DNA of 64,000 nt from Blastocladiella emersonii ATCC 22665 (lineage: Eukaryota; Fungi; Blastocladiomycota), in the NCBI GenBank assembly GCA_025594325.1, contig JANHCV010000001.1, positions 4,030,001-4,094,000 on the forward strand, read 5' to 3'. The notes under the pieces were generated by a model. That model was not told the DNA's origin. It did not search any database and saw only the letters and a list, made by a program, of their open reading frames with translations. Positions 1 through 11,831 of this stretch are shown here, in pieces (position 1 is the stretch's first letter; every line of letters starts with the position of its first letter). The position numbers were made by a program, and so were the translations under genes.

Positions 1-1
1 C

Positions 2-3000
2 ACGGCGCTCATCATCGAGCGCGTCCACCGGTTCGGCTCCGAGTGCGCGCACTCGTGCCGGTGGGACGACTGCGTCGTGTTCAACGTGACGCCGACGTCG
101 GCTGTGCTGCTGATCGACGACAAGCGGATCCCCGTCGAGTGCCCCGGCCAGGCCTTCGCCGACTTCCTCAACGGCTGGCTCGCGGCGGTCCGCAGCCCGC
201 TCGGCGTGATGCTGCAGGACTTTGCGTCGCGCGAGGGCACGCGCGTCGGCAAGGGATCGCTGGTGCAGGTCCAGGAGGAGCGCGCGCCCTGGGTCCTCGT
301 CACGGCGCGTACCGGCCCGTTCGCCAACGTGCCCGTGTGGATCCCGCGCACACACGTCGAGTATCTCGTCGAGGGGACCCGCGCCCCGGGTATCGCCGAG
401 AACAAGCTCCCGCTGCGCATCCTCGTCGCGATGCGCCAGCTCGAGATGCCCGGCGTCGAGCTCGGCGCCGTGCTCGCCGATATGCTCAACAAGGGTAGCG
501 GCGTGCCCATCGCCGCGCCCGGCGGGACGTGGGGCCCGACGTTTGCGTTCCAGACGATCCAGCGCGGCGGCAACGGGTCGCCGCAGACCCAGTCCCCGCA
601 GACGGCCTCGCCCGTCCCGGGCGGCACCATGGCCACGCCGCCACGCCAGCTCCAGGGCACAATCTCCGGCGGCCAGTTCAGCGGCGCGCCGGGTGGGACC
701 GTCAAGCGCAAGGCGCCCGGCCCGCCGCCGGGCTCGTACGGCACCGTCAGCGGCGGGCACCCGGGCTACACGGCCGGCGGCGGTGGGACCGTCAGCGGGA
801 TGCCGCCGTCGCAGTACGGCACCGTGTCGGGCGGGGCCCCCGCGTACCCGACGGCGTCGGTGCAGCAGGGCTCGCCCGGCGCGTCGTACTCGACCAGCAC
901 GGTCATGTCGGTCGTCGGCGACCTGCGGCCGTACGGCAACAACAGCAACGACCCGTTCGCAAAGCCGGGCGGCGGCGATGGTAGTGGCGAGAAGGGCAAG
1001 CAGCAGCAGCCGGCGGCGCGGCTGGTCCCGACGATTGAGGTGCCGCCGCTCAACTCAGTGCACGTCGGCGACAACTCGATCGAGCAGTACGCGAGCCAGT
1101 ACTACGAGACCAAGTCGGGTAGTATATTTGGCAAGAAGAAGGGCGCGTTCGACCAGAAGATGCTCACCTACTCGGATGTACGTCGCGTCGGCGCGGTCAT
1201 GAAACGTGACTCTGACTGACTCCGCAAAACCATTCTAGACCCCGCTCAAGAAGCCGCTGACGCGTTCGGCGTACGCCGAGGTCCGCGACACCAAGACGGC
1301 GCTCGAGACGTCGACGTGGATCATGACGTACATGGGCGACTTCAAGGCCAAGGGCACGACGCAGCTCGAGGCGGCCAAGTTTGTCATCGAGAACGCGCTC
1401 TCGAGCTCGGCGCTCGTCGACGAGACGTACTGCCAGATCGTCAAGCAGATTACGCAGCACCCGCGGCCTGAGGGGTACGCTGCCATGGCCATTGCCGTCT
1501 CCCGCACACGAATGCTGACCATATCCCCTAAAACCGTGTAGCGCGCTGCTCGGCTTCCGGCTGATGAGCATGTGCGCGGCGTTCCTGGCACCGAGCGACG
1601 ACCTATTCTCGTCCATGTGCCGGTTCATGCAGCAGCAGCTGCGCGGGACGACGGACCCGGCGCTGGTCGCGCTCGTCAACTTCGTGTACTCGAACATGTA
1701 CAAGACGATCAAGGTCGGGTGCCGCAATCTCGGGCCGAGCCGCGAGGAGCTCGAGGCGCTGCACGCCAACGCCCTCATCAAGTTCCGCGTCGAGCTGCCC
1801 GACCGCACCGCGCGCACCTACCTCATCGACTCGTTCACGGTCGGGTCCGACATCCTCAACAAGCTCGAGGAGCGGTACCAGGTCGGCGATTTCGCGCACG
1901 ACTTCGGGCTCGTCATCGACGGCGGACCGCGGACCGGCAGCGGCGTGCTCCCGCTCGTCCCCGTCCTCGAGACGGACCGCCTCGCCGACATTCTGTCGCT
2001 CGCCGAGCACCTCGGCAAGGCCAACGCGGGCGGCGAAGACGGCGACGACAGCGACGGCGAGGGCGAGGGCAAGAAGGCCGCGGCCACTGGGTCGGGCGGC
2101 ACGGCGACGCCGGCGCCCGCGCGCGACCCGCCGCGCGTCGTGTACATGCACAAGTACTGGTCGAGCGCGGGAGCGGGGTCCTCGCGGCAGCTGCGCACGA
2201 GTGACGAAGACCAGGGCAAGGGCAGCACGTCCAAGCTCAAGCAGCTGGGCAACTCGTCGACGGGGCCCGACGCGCACCTGCCGCCGCTGATCGTGGCGGG
2301 GCTCCCGCTCCTATACTCTGCGCCGCTCTTGGAGTGGACGTTCCACCACCTCGCGGGCGCCTTCATCCGCGGCGACCTGATCTCGGCGCTCGAGCTCAAG
2401 CCCAACGCGCAGTCGGAGCTCGTCTACCTCATGGCGCTGCTCGGCGTCGCGCTGTCGCCCGACGACCTGCTCGAGGTGGTCCCGCCCGTGCTCCTCGCGC
2501 CCGGCCGCGAGTCGGGCGTGATCGTCCGCGCCAAGATCGAGAACCAGCTGCACGACTGGAAGGACGCGCAGACGGTGCGGCAGCTGACGGCGGCCAAGAA
2601 CGCGAGCGCGCACGCGCAAGGGCTTGGCGGCGCCAAGTGGGGCAGCACGGGCAACATGCTCAACGACGGGCCCGGCGGGGCGGGCACCTCATCGGCGTCG
2701 CTGCCCATGGGCGCGACGGGCCGGCGCGCCAGCGCCAAGGCGTCGGCCGTCAGCGCGGCAGCGGTCCCGGCCATCTCGCTGCCCGAGCTCGCCAAGCGCG
2801 AGTTCATTGACCGCACGCGCGCCACGTTCCAGTACTTTGGCGCGTTTCCGTTCCACGTGCGCGCGGCCGCCGACGCGCGGTTCGCTGACGGCGGGCTCCT
2901 GTTCGTCAACGAGCACGGCGTCATGATCCTCGACGAGAAGTCGCGCAAGCTCGTCATGTCGGTCGACTACGACGAGCTCGTCGAGACCGAGTGCCAGCAG

Positions 3001-3453
3001 GACGAGTTCACGATCCGCACCCAGAACATGCTCCAGAAGCGCATCATCCGGTTCCAGACGCTCCAGGGGTTCATGCTGCTCGACGTGATCGGCCACTACA
3101 AGGCCGCGTACGTCACGGCCAAGGCCAAGCAGCAGCAGTCGGCCGCCGCCGCTGGGACGACCATGGGCGTGGCCAAGTCTCCGTCGAACCCGCAGCTCTC
3201 GCAGATGCAGCAGGGCCAGCCACCGCAGCACCAGCAGCAGCAGTACGGCGGCCACGGGTACCAGCAGCAGCAACAGCAGGGCCAGATGCCGTACGGCCAG
3301 CAGTACCCGCAGCAGCCGCCGCAGCAGCAGTACCAGCAGGGCCCGCCGCCCAAGCTGCACTCGGCGTCCATGATCTCCGGCTCGATGCCCAACCTCGCGG
3401 CCATGGACCCGTACAACTCGGTGCGCGGGTACGGCTCGGGGCCTGGGCACTGA
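2..3453 (+). CDS. SH3-MyTH4-FERM protein (myosin VII/XXII-type tail); 5' end lies outside the window
   Basis: Frame is open from base 2. SH3-like segment (LQDFASREG...KGSLVQVQEERAPW...WIPRTHVEYL), MyTH4 (LVDETYCQIVKQITQHP; LMSMCAAFLAPSDDL), FERM-like F1/F3 segments and a Q/P-rich tail. GT-AG introns 1178-1238 and 1475-1541 join the ORFs in frame. Confidence 0.75.
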
Positions 3454-3518
3454 AGAAACGACTTGTTGTTTGATTCCGTCTTGTTACAGTTTACGTTTAT
3501 ATATTCATTCAATCCAGT

Positions 3519-6162
3519 TCAGTCATCGATGAGGTTGTACTTGCGCAGGTACTCGAGGCTCGAGAAGCTGAGACCCAAGAGCATCGAGTCGTCGGGCGGC
3601 GGCGCGGCGATGGGGACCGTCCTCCGCGGCTGCTTCTGCTTCCTGGGTTTCGGCGCGGGAGCGGGGACTGCAGGTACTGGAACGGCAGACGGCGCGAGTG
3701 GCGACTCGGACTCGATCGTGGCCATGAACGCGTCGAGGTCGAGGTCGTCCTCGATATCGTCGACCTTGGCCGGCGGAGCCGCCGCGCGGGCCGAGTCGCC
3801 GTGGTGCTGCTGGTCGTCGGTCAAGTCGAGCCACTCCTCGCGCGGTCCCGTCGAATCGTTGCCCGAGTAGTAGTACCGGCTGCCGCTGACACTGCCGCCG
3901 CCGAGCCGCTCGTAAATCTCGTTGCTGAGCTCCTCGTCGTCGAAATCCTCGAGTACGAACTGATCGTTGGGCGACGCGACCTGCGCGGCGATCCGCTGCG
4001 AGATATCGGCGATCGAGAGTTCCACGCGGTCGGACCGCGGCGAGTCGCGCGCTAGCGGCCGCCGATCCAGCACCGCGGCCGAAGCGGGGGCGGCGACAGC
4101 AGGACGGTGTGGCGTGACCATGGTAACGTCGCCGAACGGCGGCTCGGGCAGCGGGTCCGTCTGCTCGACGGGGACGAGGCGCGGGGTCCCGGTGCGCCCG
4201 CGACTGAGCGGCGGCGGCGTGGGCAGGTCGACGGGCGAGTCGTGGCCGTGGCCGTGCGACGAGAAGGTGCCGAGCAGGCGCGAGTCGGTGCTCAGGGCGG
4301 CGACGAGGTCTTCGGTAGAGGGAACGAGGAGGCCGGCGGACGTGTTGACGCCGATTGACTCGGTCAGCGCGCGCGGTGGCGTCGGGACCGCATCAATGAC
4401 GAACGAGGTGTTCACTCCCATGCTGCGGTAGGTGGGTCTGGACGGGGGGTCGGGCGCGGGTGCTGGCGCGGGTGCTGGCGCGGGCTGCGGCGGAAGCGGA
4501 AGCGGTTGCTGTTGCAAGGCAATCTGGGTGCGCATAAAGTCCAGTTGCTGCATCATGAAGAGGACCATCTGCTGCAGGCTCGCGTCCGCGGGCGCACTCG
4601 AGCTCGTAAGCGGTAGTTGTGGCGGAGAAGGAGCGCGCGGCAGCGCGGCAGTTGGTTGCGCTGGAACAAGTGGCGATGGCGGGTTGGTCGCTTGTGGTTG
4701 CGGCTGCGGCTGCGGCTGTACAGCGGGCGACGCCGAAGCGCGCGTCGACACAGAGGAAGCACTCGCGGCAGAAACGACAGGCTCGACAACGCTCGATGTA
4801 GCCGCCGCAGCCGGTTGCGCGACGGGCGAGTAGGGCCGCGTGATACCGAGCATCTCCTTGGGCTGCAGCGGCGACACGAGCCACTTGCCCGTCGACGGCC
4901 GGAAATCGGCGACGAGCAGCTGGTGCTGGCGGGTCTCGAGCTTCCACTTGTAGAAGCGGCACGGCGCGGAAGCGGTGACGGGGAAGACGGCGAGCAGGTA
5001 CGGCGGCTGGTTGACGCGCTGCAGGTTCGGCGCCGCGGCAAACTCAGTGCACACGCCGAGCGTGTGGCGGCCAAAGACGCCGTCCTTGGTGCCCGAGATC
5101 CACACGCCGGCGATCGGGAGCGAAGAGGGCTCCTTGCGCAGGAGGTAGGCGCGGCGGGCGCGGTTCACGCTCAAGTAGCCGGAGCTGAGCTGGCGGTCAC
5201 CGCAAACGAGGCGGGCCGAGACGCTGTTCTCGACGAGGCGCAGCGGGCGGATCGGGGTGACGGTGAGCTCGGCGCGCGGGGACAGGTCAATGTCTAGGGG
5301 GTTCGCGGAGGTGAGTCGCGGTGGGCCGAGCGCAGAAAATGGGGAGGCTCGTACACGAGAGCTTTACGAGCGCAGCGTTGAAAACAAAGGCGCGGACCCG
5401 GTGGCTGGTCTTAAGCGAGTTGAGCAGAGTTGCGTCCGAGTCGTGGACAAAGTAGATCTGGAGGGCGCGACGGTGAGTTCAATTACCGCCCGAGAATTGC
5501 GAGGTGGAACGTACCGGCACGGAGGTCCCGCGCGAGTGGGTCGGGAGCAAATCGCCGCTCATGGTGATACCCTTGTCGAAGCAATCAAACTCGAGCGGGG
5601 GTGGTGCGCCCACAGCCGGGCTTGCTGGAGCCGCCGAAGGAAGGTCCGAGGGCGGCACGGGATGGCGCGCCGAGGAGACGAGGAAGCCAATGTGGGCGCC
5701 GTCGGCTGGCAAGTAACACGAGAGATGAATCTGCAAGGTTGATAGGGCCGACACAGAGAGCTTGACGGCCGACTCGCGGGCGAGCGAGGCCGAGTCGACG
5801 ACGGTCTCGCTCCCCGTAGGCGTCGGGTCCCACAGCATGACGTTGGCGGCGGCCGGTGCGTCAAAGACGACGCTCAGGTCGGCGGCCTGGGCGGCAGCGT
5901 AGAGCGAGTGGATCGGGCGGGGCTGCTGCTGGATGGGCTGGAGATCCGACTCGTCCCACGCGGGTGTTGGCGCCGGTCGACTGGGCTGGATCCGCGGAGG
6001 AGCCGCAGCAGCGGTGCGCATGACGGGTGCCACGGGCGGCGAGTATCGTTTGATCACCGAGGGCGGCCGACTGGGCGGCACCGTCGTCGATGACGGGTTC
6101 CGCGCGCGGCGGTTCACGGGGCGCAGGCCTCGCAGGTCGTCTTCATGGTGCATGGGATTCAT
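3519..6162 (-). CDS. STIL: STIL/SAS-5/Ana2-family centriole duplication protein
   Basis: STIL N-domain motifs LWDPTPTG, FDCFDKG, TPIRPL, GYLSVNRARR..L and SLPIAGVWISG; central short coiled coil (LQQMVLFMMQQLDFMRTQIALQQQ); C-terminal STAN-like LSFSSLEYLRKYNLI. Introns 5458-5514 and 5294-5354 keep the frame. Recognised from memory of the family, no search run. Confidence 0.8.
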
Positions 6163-6536
6163 GTGCGGTGCCGCGCGTGCGTTGCATCGAGTGTTGGAGA
6201 GTCAAACGGGGGCATGGCGGCGGAAGGGAGGTCCGAGGGGTCGATGGGCGCGCCGGCCGAGTCGCGGTCTTGCACCCCCTGAGCCGGCGTCAGGTGGGCG
6301 GCCTGCCACTCCCACCGACGAGAGGCGCGACGCGTCGTTGGCAGGGAAAGTTGTGCGCCGCGATGGCCGCGATGGCCGCCGGAAACCCGGAACCCGCTGC
6401 AAGCCGCACTGCCCGCTCCCGCTCTCTCTGTTCCCCCAAAAACATCGCTCGAAGCAACGCTATCACCCACACGCATCAACGCCACCGACAACTCGCAGCA
6501 TCAGCATCGACCACGATCCTCGCCCATCACCCAACC

Positions 6537-9500
6537 ATGGCCTCGCCACCGCCGCCACCGCCGCCACCGCCGCGCTCCGCCTTTGCCGTGCGCAACCCGC
6601 TGGTCGTGTCGCCGCTGGTGCCGCGCGGGCTCGGCGCGTTCGGTGCCGAGGGCCCCGACGACCGGCTGCCGGGCCCCGACGGCAAGTGCCCGCCGTGCTT
6701 CAACTGCCTGCTGCCGGCGTTCCAGTGCCACAACTTCGGCACCTGCTCGAGCTACACGGGCCGGTGCGAGTGCCCCGCGGGCTTCGGCGGCGACGACTGC
6801 GCCGAGCCGCTGTGCGGGTCGCTCGTCGACGCCAACCCGCGCCGCCCGCCGCGCCGCGACGCCAAGCAGTGCGCCTGCACCGACGGCTGGACCGGCCTCA
6901 ACTGCAACGTGTGCGCCCGCGACGACGTGTGCAACGCCCTCGTCCCGCCCGGCCTCAACGGCACCTGCTACGCGAGCCCCATCGCCGTCAAGGCCAACCA
7001 CCAGATGTGCAAGGTCACCAACCCCAAGATCGTCGAGATGCTCAAGGACGACAAGCCCGAGGTCACTCTCTCGTGCAACGCCACCGCCGGCTCCGCGCCC
7101 GCCCCCGGCGCCGTGCCCGGTCCCGACGGCGCGCTCCCGCCCTCGGCCCGCTGCGGGTTCCAGTTCTGGATCGGCGGCGTGCAGTCCTTCTACTGCGACC
7201 TCGACCAGTGCACCGGGTCCGTGAGCAACGCCGACAACAGCACCGCCTACGACTGCGACAAGATCCGGTGCGGGTGCCTCGCCGACCGCATGCTGTGCGG
7301 CAAGGACGGCTCCGTCGACATCCGCGAGTTCCTCGCCGAGGAGGTCCGCGGCCCGGGCAAGCTCACCTGCACCCCGCCCGGCGCGCCCGGCGGCCGCAAG
7401 TGCGAGTTCACCGAGCCCGCCATGGACAACCTCATCTCCGACATTTTCGGCGACACGTCCATCCAGCTCCAGTGCTCCCAGGGCGAGTGCCTGCACGTCA
7501 GCCAGATCCCCGGCTACGGCCACCCGGGCATCGCGCGCCCGCCCGCGGGTTCGCCGCTCGTGTTCGCGCTCCTGACGGCCGGCGCACTCTTGGTCGTCGC
7601 CTGCGTCCTCTTCGCCTTCTGGCGCGTCCAGCGCCGCGCCCGCGCCGGTGGCAACGGCACCAGCTACCTGCCCATGACCCAGGAGGAGCTCGACAAGCTC
7701 ATGGCCGACCACGTCCCCGCCACCCTCGCCTTCCGCGACATTCGGTACCGCATCCCGATCCCCGGCAAGCGCGGGAACGGGTCTGGCGGTAACGCAGGCG
7801 GTGCCGCGACGGCCGAGATCCTGCACGGTATCCACGGCGTCGTCCGCCACGGCGAGATCATGGCCATCATGGGCGGCAGCGGGGCGGGCAAGTCGAGTTG
7901 CCTGGACATTCTGGCGAGGCGCAACAAGTCGGGCGTCGTCAGCGGACACATGCTCGTCAACGGCCGCGTCCTCGACCGGTCCGAGTTCAAGCAGATGTGC
8001 GGCTTCGTCGACCAGGAGGACATGCTCATGCCCACGCTCACCGTCGAGGAGACCATCCTCTACTCGGCCCTGCTGCGCCTGCCAAAGGACATGAGCTACG
8101 AGGCCAAGTGGAACCGCGTCCGCGAGACGGTACTTTCGTTCCTCTCGTATCTCTCCACTCCCTCAACTCACCCCCCGTCCTCTCCCCCAAAACTAGATGG
8201 TCGAGCTCGGCATCACGCACATTGCCAAGTCGCGCATCGGCGACGCGTCCATGCGCGGCATCAGCGGCGGCGAGAAGCGCCGCGTCAGCATCGCGTGCGA
8301 GCTCGTCACCTCGCCTTCAATTTTGTTCCTCGACGAGGCGACTTCGGGACTCGACGCCTTCAACGCCGCCAACGTCGTCGAGTGCCTGCGCAACCTCGCC
8401 CGAAACTACAACCGGACCATCGTGCTCACCATCCACCAGCCGCGGAGCGACATCTTCGCCATGTTCGACCGCCTGCTGCTCCTCAGCAAGGGCCACCTCG
8501 TCTACTCGGGCGCCGCGCAGGACGCCGTGCACCACTTCACGCAGATTGGCTACCAGTGCCCCGTCGGCTACAATATCGCCGACTACCTCATCGACATCAC
8601 CGTCGGGAACAAGTCCAACGGCGCCGGCGGCGCGGCCGTCGTCGTGGACCCCGAGGCCGCGAGCGCCGCGTCCAGCTCCAACCACAGCGGGTCGCCCATC
8701 AACGTCCGCGTCGACCGCGTCGGCCCAGCGCCCGCGGCCAACGGCGGCGCGACCGCGCCGCTCCGCGCCATGGCCGAGCCGTCGCTCCCGCCCGTCGAGG
8801 GCGACGACGGGGACGATCTCGACTACTGGGAGAACAACCTGCCGCTCAACGCGTCGGGCAAGCTGCGCAGCAGCAACCCGCGCATCGACCAGATCGAGTC
8901 GACGCCGCTGCGGCCCGCGACCCCGCTGTCCCCGCACACGCGCGCGCGGTCGGCCGAGGCGCGGCACCTGCAGCACCTCGCCGAGGGGTTCGGCCGGTCG
9001 TCGGCCGGCGCCACGCTGCAGAGCGAGCTGCGCGAGGCGTCGCGGCCGCCCGCGCACCACCACCGGTCTATTGGGCACAGCAACGGGCCCGCTCCCGAAA
9101 ATGACGTCGACGATGAGCGCGAGCAGCTCCTGTCGCCGACGACGCAGCACATCCGGTCGCTCGCGTCGCAGCGCGCGCCGCTGCTCACGCAGTTCCGGAT
9201 CCTGGCCGACCGCACGTTCAAGAACCTGTACCGCAACCCGTACCTGCTGCTGACGCACTACCTCATGGCCGTGGTCGTGGCGGTGCTGTGCGGGCTGCTG
9301 TTCTGGCGCGTCACGGCCGACATTGCCGGGTTCCAGAACCGCATGGGGTGCTTCTTCTTCGTGTGCTCGCTGTTCGGTTTCTCGTGTCTGTCGTCGCTGC
9401 AGACGTTTGCCGCGGAGCGCGTCCTGTTCACGCGCGAGCGCGCCAACGGGTACTACAGCCCGCTGACCTACTTCCTCGCCAAGATCCTGTGCGACATGAT

Positions 9501-10011
9501 CCCGCTGCGCGTCGTGCCGCCGCTCCTCCTCGGGTGCATCATCTACAACATGGTCGGCCTCGTCGCGTCGTACGTCGTGTTCCTCAAGTTCCTCCTGGTC
9601 CTGGTCCTGTTCAACGTGACGGCCGCCGCGCTGTGCTTCCTCGCCTCGCTCGCGGTCCCCGACACGTCGGTCGCCAACCTATTTGCGTCGCTCGCCATGC
9701 TCTTCTCGATGCTGTTCGGCAAGGTGCTCCTCAACACGGACACGATCCCCGGCGCGCTCCGCTGGCTCCAGCACCTCAGCTTCTTCAACTACGCGCTCGA
9801 GGCCCTCGTCGTCAACGAGCTCAAGGAGCTGCAGCTCACCGAGACCAAGTACGGCCTCCAGATCGAGGTGCCCGCGGCCGTCATCCTGTCCACGTTCGGC
9901 TTCAACGCCCAGGCGTTCTGGGCTGACGTCTACAAGCTCGTCGCCATGTCGAGCGGGTTCCTCGTCCTCGCGTACCTCACGCTGCACTTCTTCGTCAAGG
10001 AGCGCCGGTGA
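6537..10011 (+). CDS. ADP1: ADP1-like ABCG half-transporter with N-terminal Cys-rich/EGF-like region
   Basis: Cys-rich EGF-like N-terminus, TM helix, Walker A GGSGAGKS, signature ISGGEKRRV, Walker B LFLDE, ABC2 membrane domain. Intron 8130-8196. Start codon is approximate. Confidence 0.9.
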
Positions 10012-10212
10012 TGCTGCTCCTCGCTCAAGTTTTGTGGCTCGTCGTTCCTGCTGTTGTACAGTTTGGGGAAGTCGGTCGCTCGAACGACCGGTCCTCCCCA
10101 CGCATCCTCTCCCTCCCCCCCTCCCTCTCTCCCCTCCCACGCACTCGCTCGTTTACCATACATCGAGGGCACGCAGTCCGTTTGCTCGCAACAATCCGCC
10201 GCAGTCGTCGTG

Positions 10213-11666
10213 TTAGGCAATCGCGCACACGTCGTCGAACCCGCATACGACCACCTCGTCGTCCTCGACGCGCACCACCACCTCCTCGCGCTTCTTGTCC
10301 TTGTCGATGATCTGGCCGCGTACACCCAGCAGGTCGTCGCGGTCGCCGCGCAGCTTGCGCGGGACGCGGACCACGCGCACGAGCCCGTCGATACTGGGGA
10401 CCGTGGTCTCGAGCGCCTTCTGTGGGACGCCCTCGAGCAGCGAACGCCGCGAGTCCTCGACCTCGACCACCGACACGCCGCCCGGCAGCACGTCGACGAT
10501 GCGCGCCTTGCGCTCGTAGTACTTGCCGCCCGCCAGCGACTTGGACACGATGCGTACACGCAGGTTCGGGCGCACCCAGATATCGCCGGGCGACAGGATA
10601 GACGTTGAGGAGGACGAGCTCGCAGCCGGGTGCTGTTTCGCCTTGGCCTCGCGCTTGGCCGCCTCGGCGTCGTACTCGGCGGGCGAGAGGAGCTTGAGGT
10701 CACGCGCGTCGACCTTGACGAGGTCGCCGTTCGCCGCGAGCTCGACGCGCGCTAGCTCCTTGTGGTGCATCAGCTCGCGCACGACGCCCAGCATCCCGGC
10801 GTGCCGCCCGTGCGTGACCAGAATGTACCCGCCGACGGCCAGCACGCGGCGTGCCTCGAGCTTCTCGTCGACGGTCACGTAGTGCCGCACCTTGCCGTTG
10901 GCGTCGGTCGGCAGCTCGTACGCGGGCGCGTCGGCACGTCGCCGCTTGCCCGATGCGGTCGGCACGTAGTCGGGCGTCGGTTGCGCGCCGAGGCCGAGGA
11001 GCGATGGACGCGGGATGTACTGGATGGGTTTCACGAGACTGGTTGATGGATGGATGGGGTGGTTAGTTGAGCGTTTCGTGTTCGTGGTGGTGTGGGCGTG
11101 AAAGCGTACCCGTTCTTCTGATTACGACCGATAGCCTGGCCCTCGGACCAGCCCATGCTGCGGAGCATCGCGACGCCAAAGTCGGCGATCGGTTTGGCTT
11201 CGTAGTCCTCCATCGAGCACTACGTCGCGGACACCGAGTCAGCGGGCGGATTCGGAGAAGCTTGTAACGACGCGAAGCAGCGTACGTGTTCGGGCAGGTC
11301 CTGGATCGCCTCCTCGAGCTCGCCGCGCCCCTTCGTGAGCAGCGGTGCATCCCTTGGTGCCGTCGAGATCTCGTACGGCTCCTCGCTGTCACCGTCCTTG
11401 GTAGCGGCGGCGCCCGACTCGGTAGCCGCGGTAGCGTCCCCGCCTCGTCTCCGCTTGGTGCCCTTGACCAGGAGGCCGTACTTGCCGGCAATGTCGCCGC
11501 CGGTGAACTCGCTCTCGCCGTACACAACGGTTTCGGGTGGTGGCGGAGCCGCAGCGGCGTCGCGGGAAGGGGATGGCGGCGCTTTCGTCGGCGACGACGC
11601 CGCGGTCGGCTTCGCCTTAGATGGTGATGGACGGCGGTCAGATTGCATGGTGTCGCTGCGTTGCAT
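10213..11666 (-). CDS. SPP2: G-patch and KOW domain splicing factor (Spp2/GPKOW)
   Basis: G-patch (DFGVAMLRSMGWSEGQAIG), KPIQYIPRPSLLGLGA and two KOW segments (WVRPNLRVRIVSK; LETTVP...RGQIIDKDKKRE). Introns 11220-11285 and 11039-11109. Confidence 0.88.
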
Positions 11667-11831
11667 CGAGTCTAGTGTCAAGTGAAGGTGTTGCGTAGCG
11701 AGTCCTGGAGAGGAGCAGCGCTCATGCCGATGTCGGCGCGCTGGTCGGCACGAGCGGTGAACGCGACCGACGGCCAAGTCGAAGACGACAACGACTCCGC
11801 TCTCCTTCCCCTCAACTGATGAAGCTTCACC
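11667..11831. promoter_or_regulatory. Bidirectional promoter region between SPP2 and CHL1
   Basis: Only 165 bp separate the two divergent start codons. Both ends are conserved in the diverged copy at about 54319-54465. Confidence 0.6.

Noticed and set aside
5627-6254. Imperfect 24-bp match encoding PSDLPSAA between STIL exon 1 and the STIL/ADP1 intergenic region
   Set aside because: 20/24 identity in GC-rich DNA is near chance level, and I found no splice path making the upstream copy coding.
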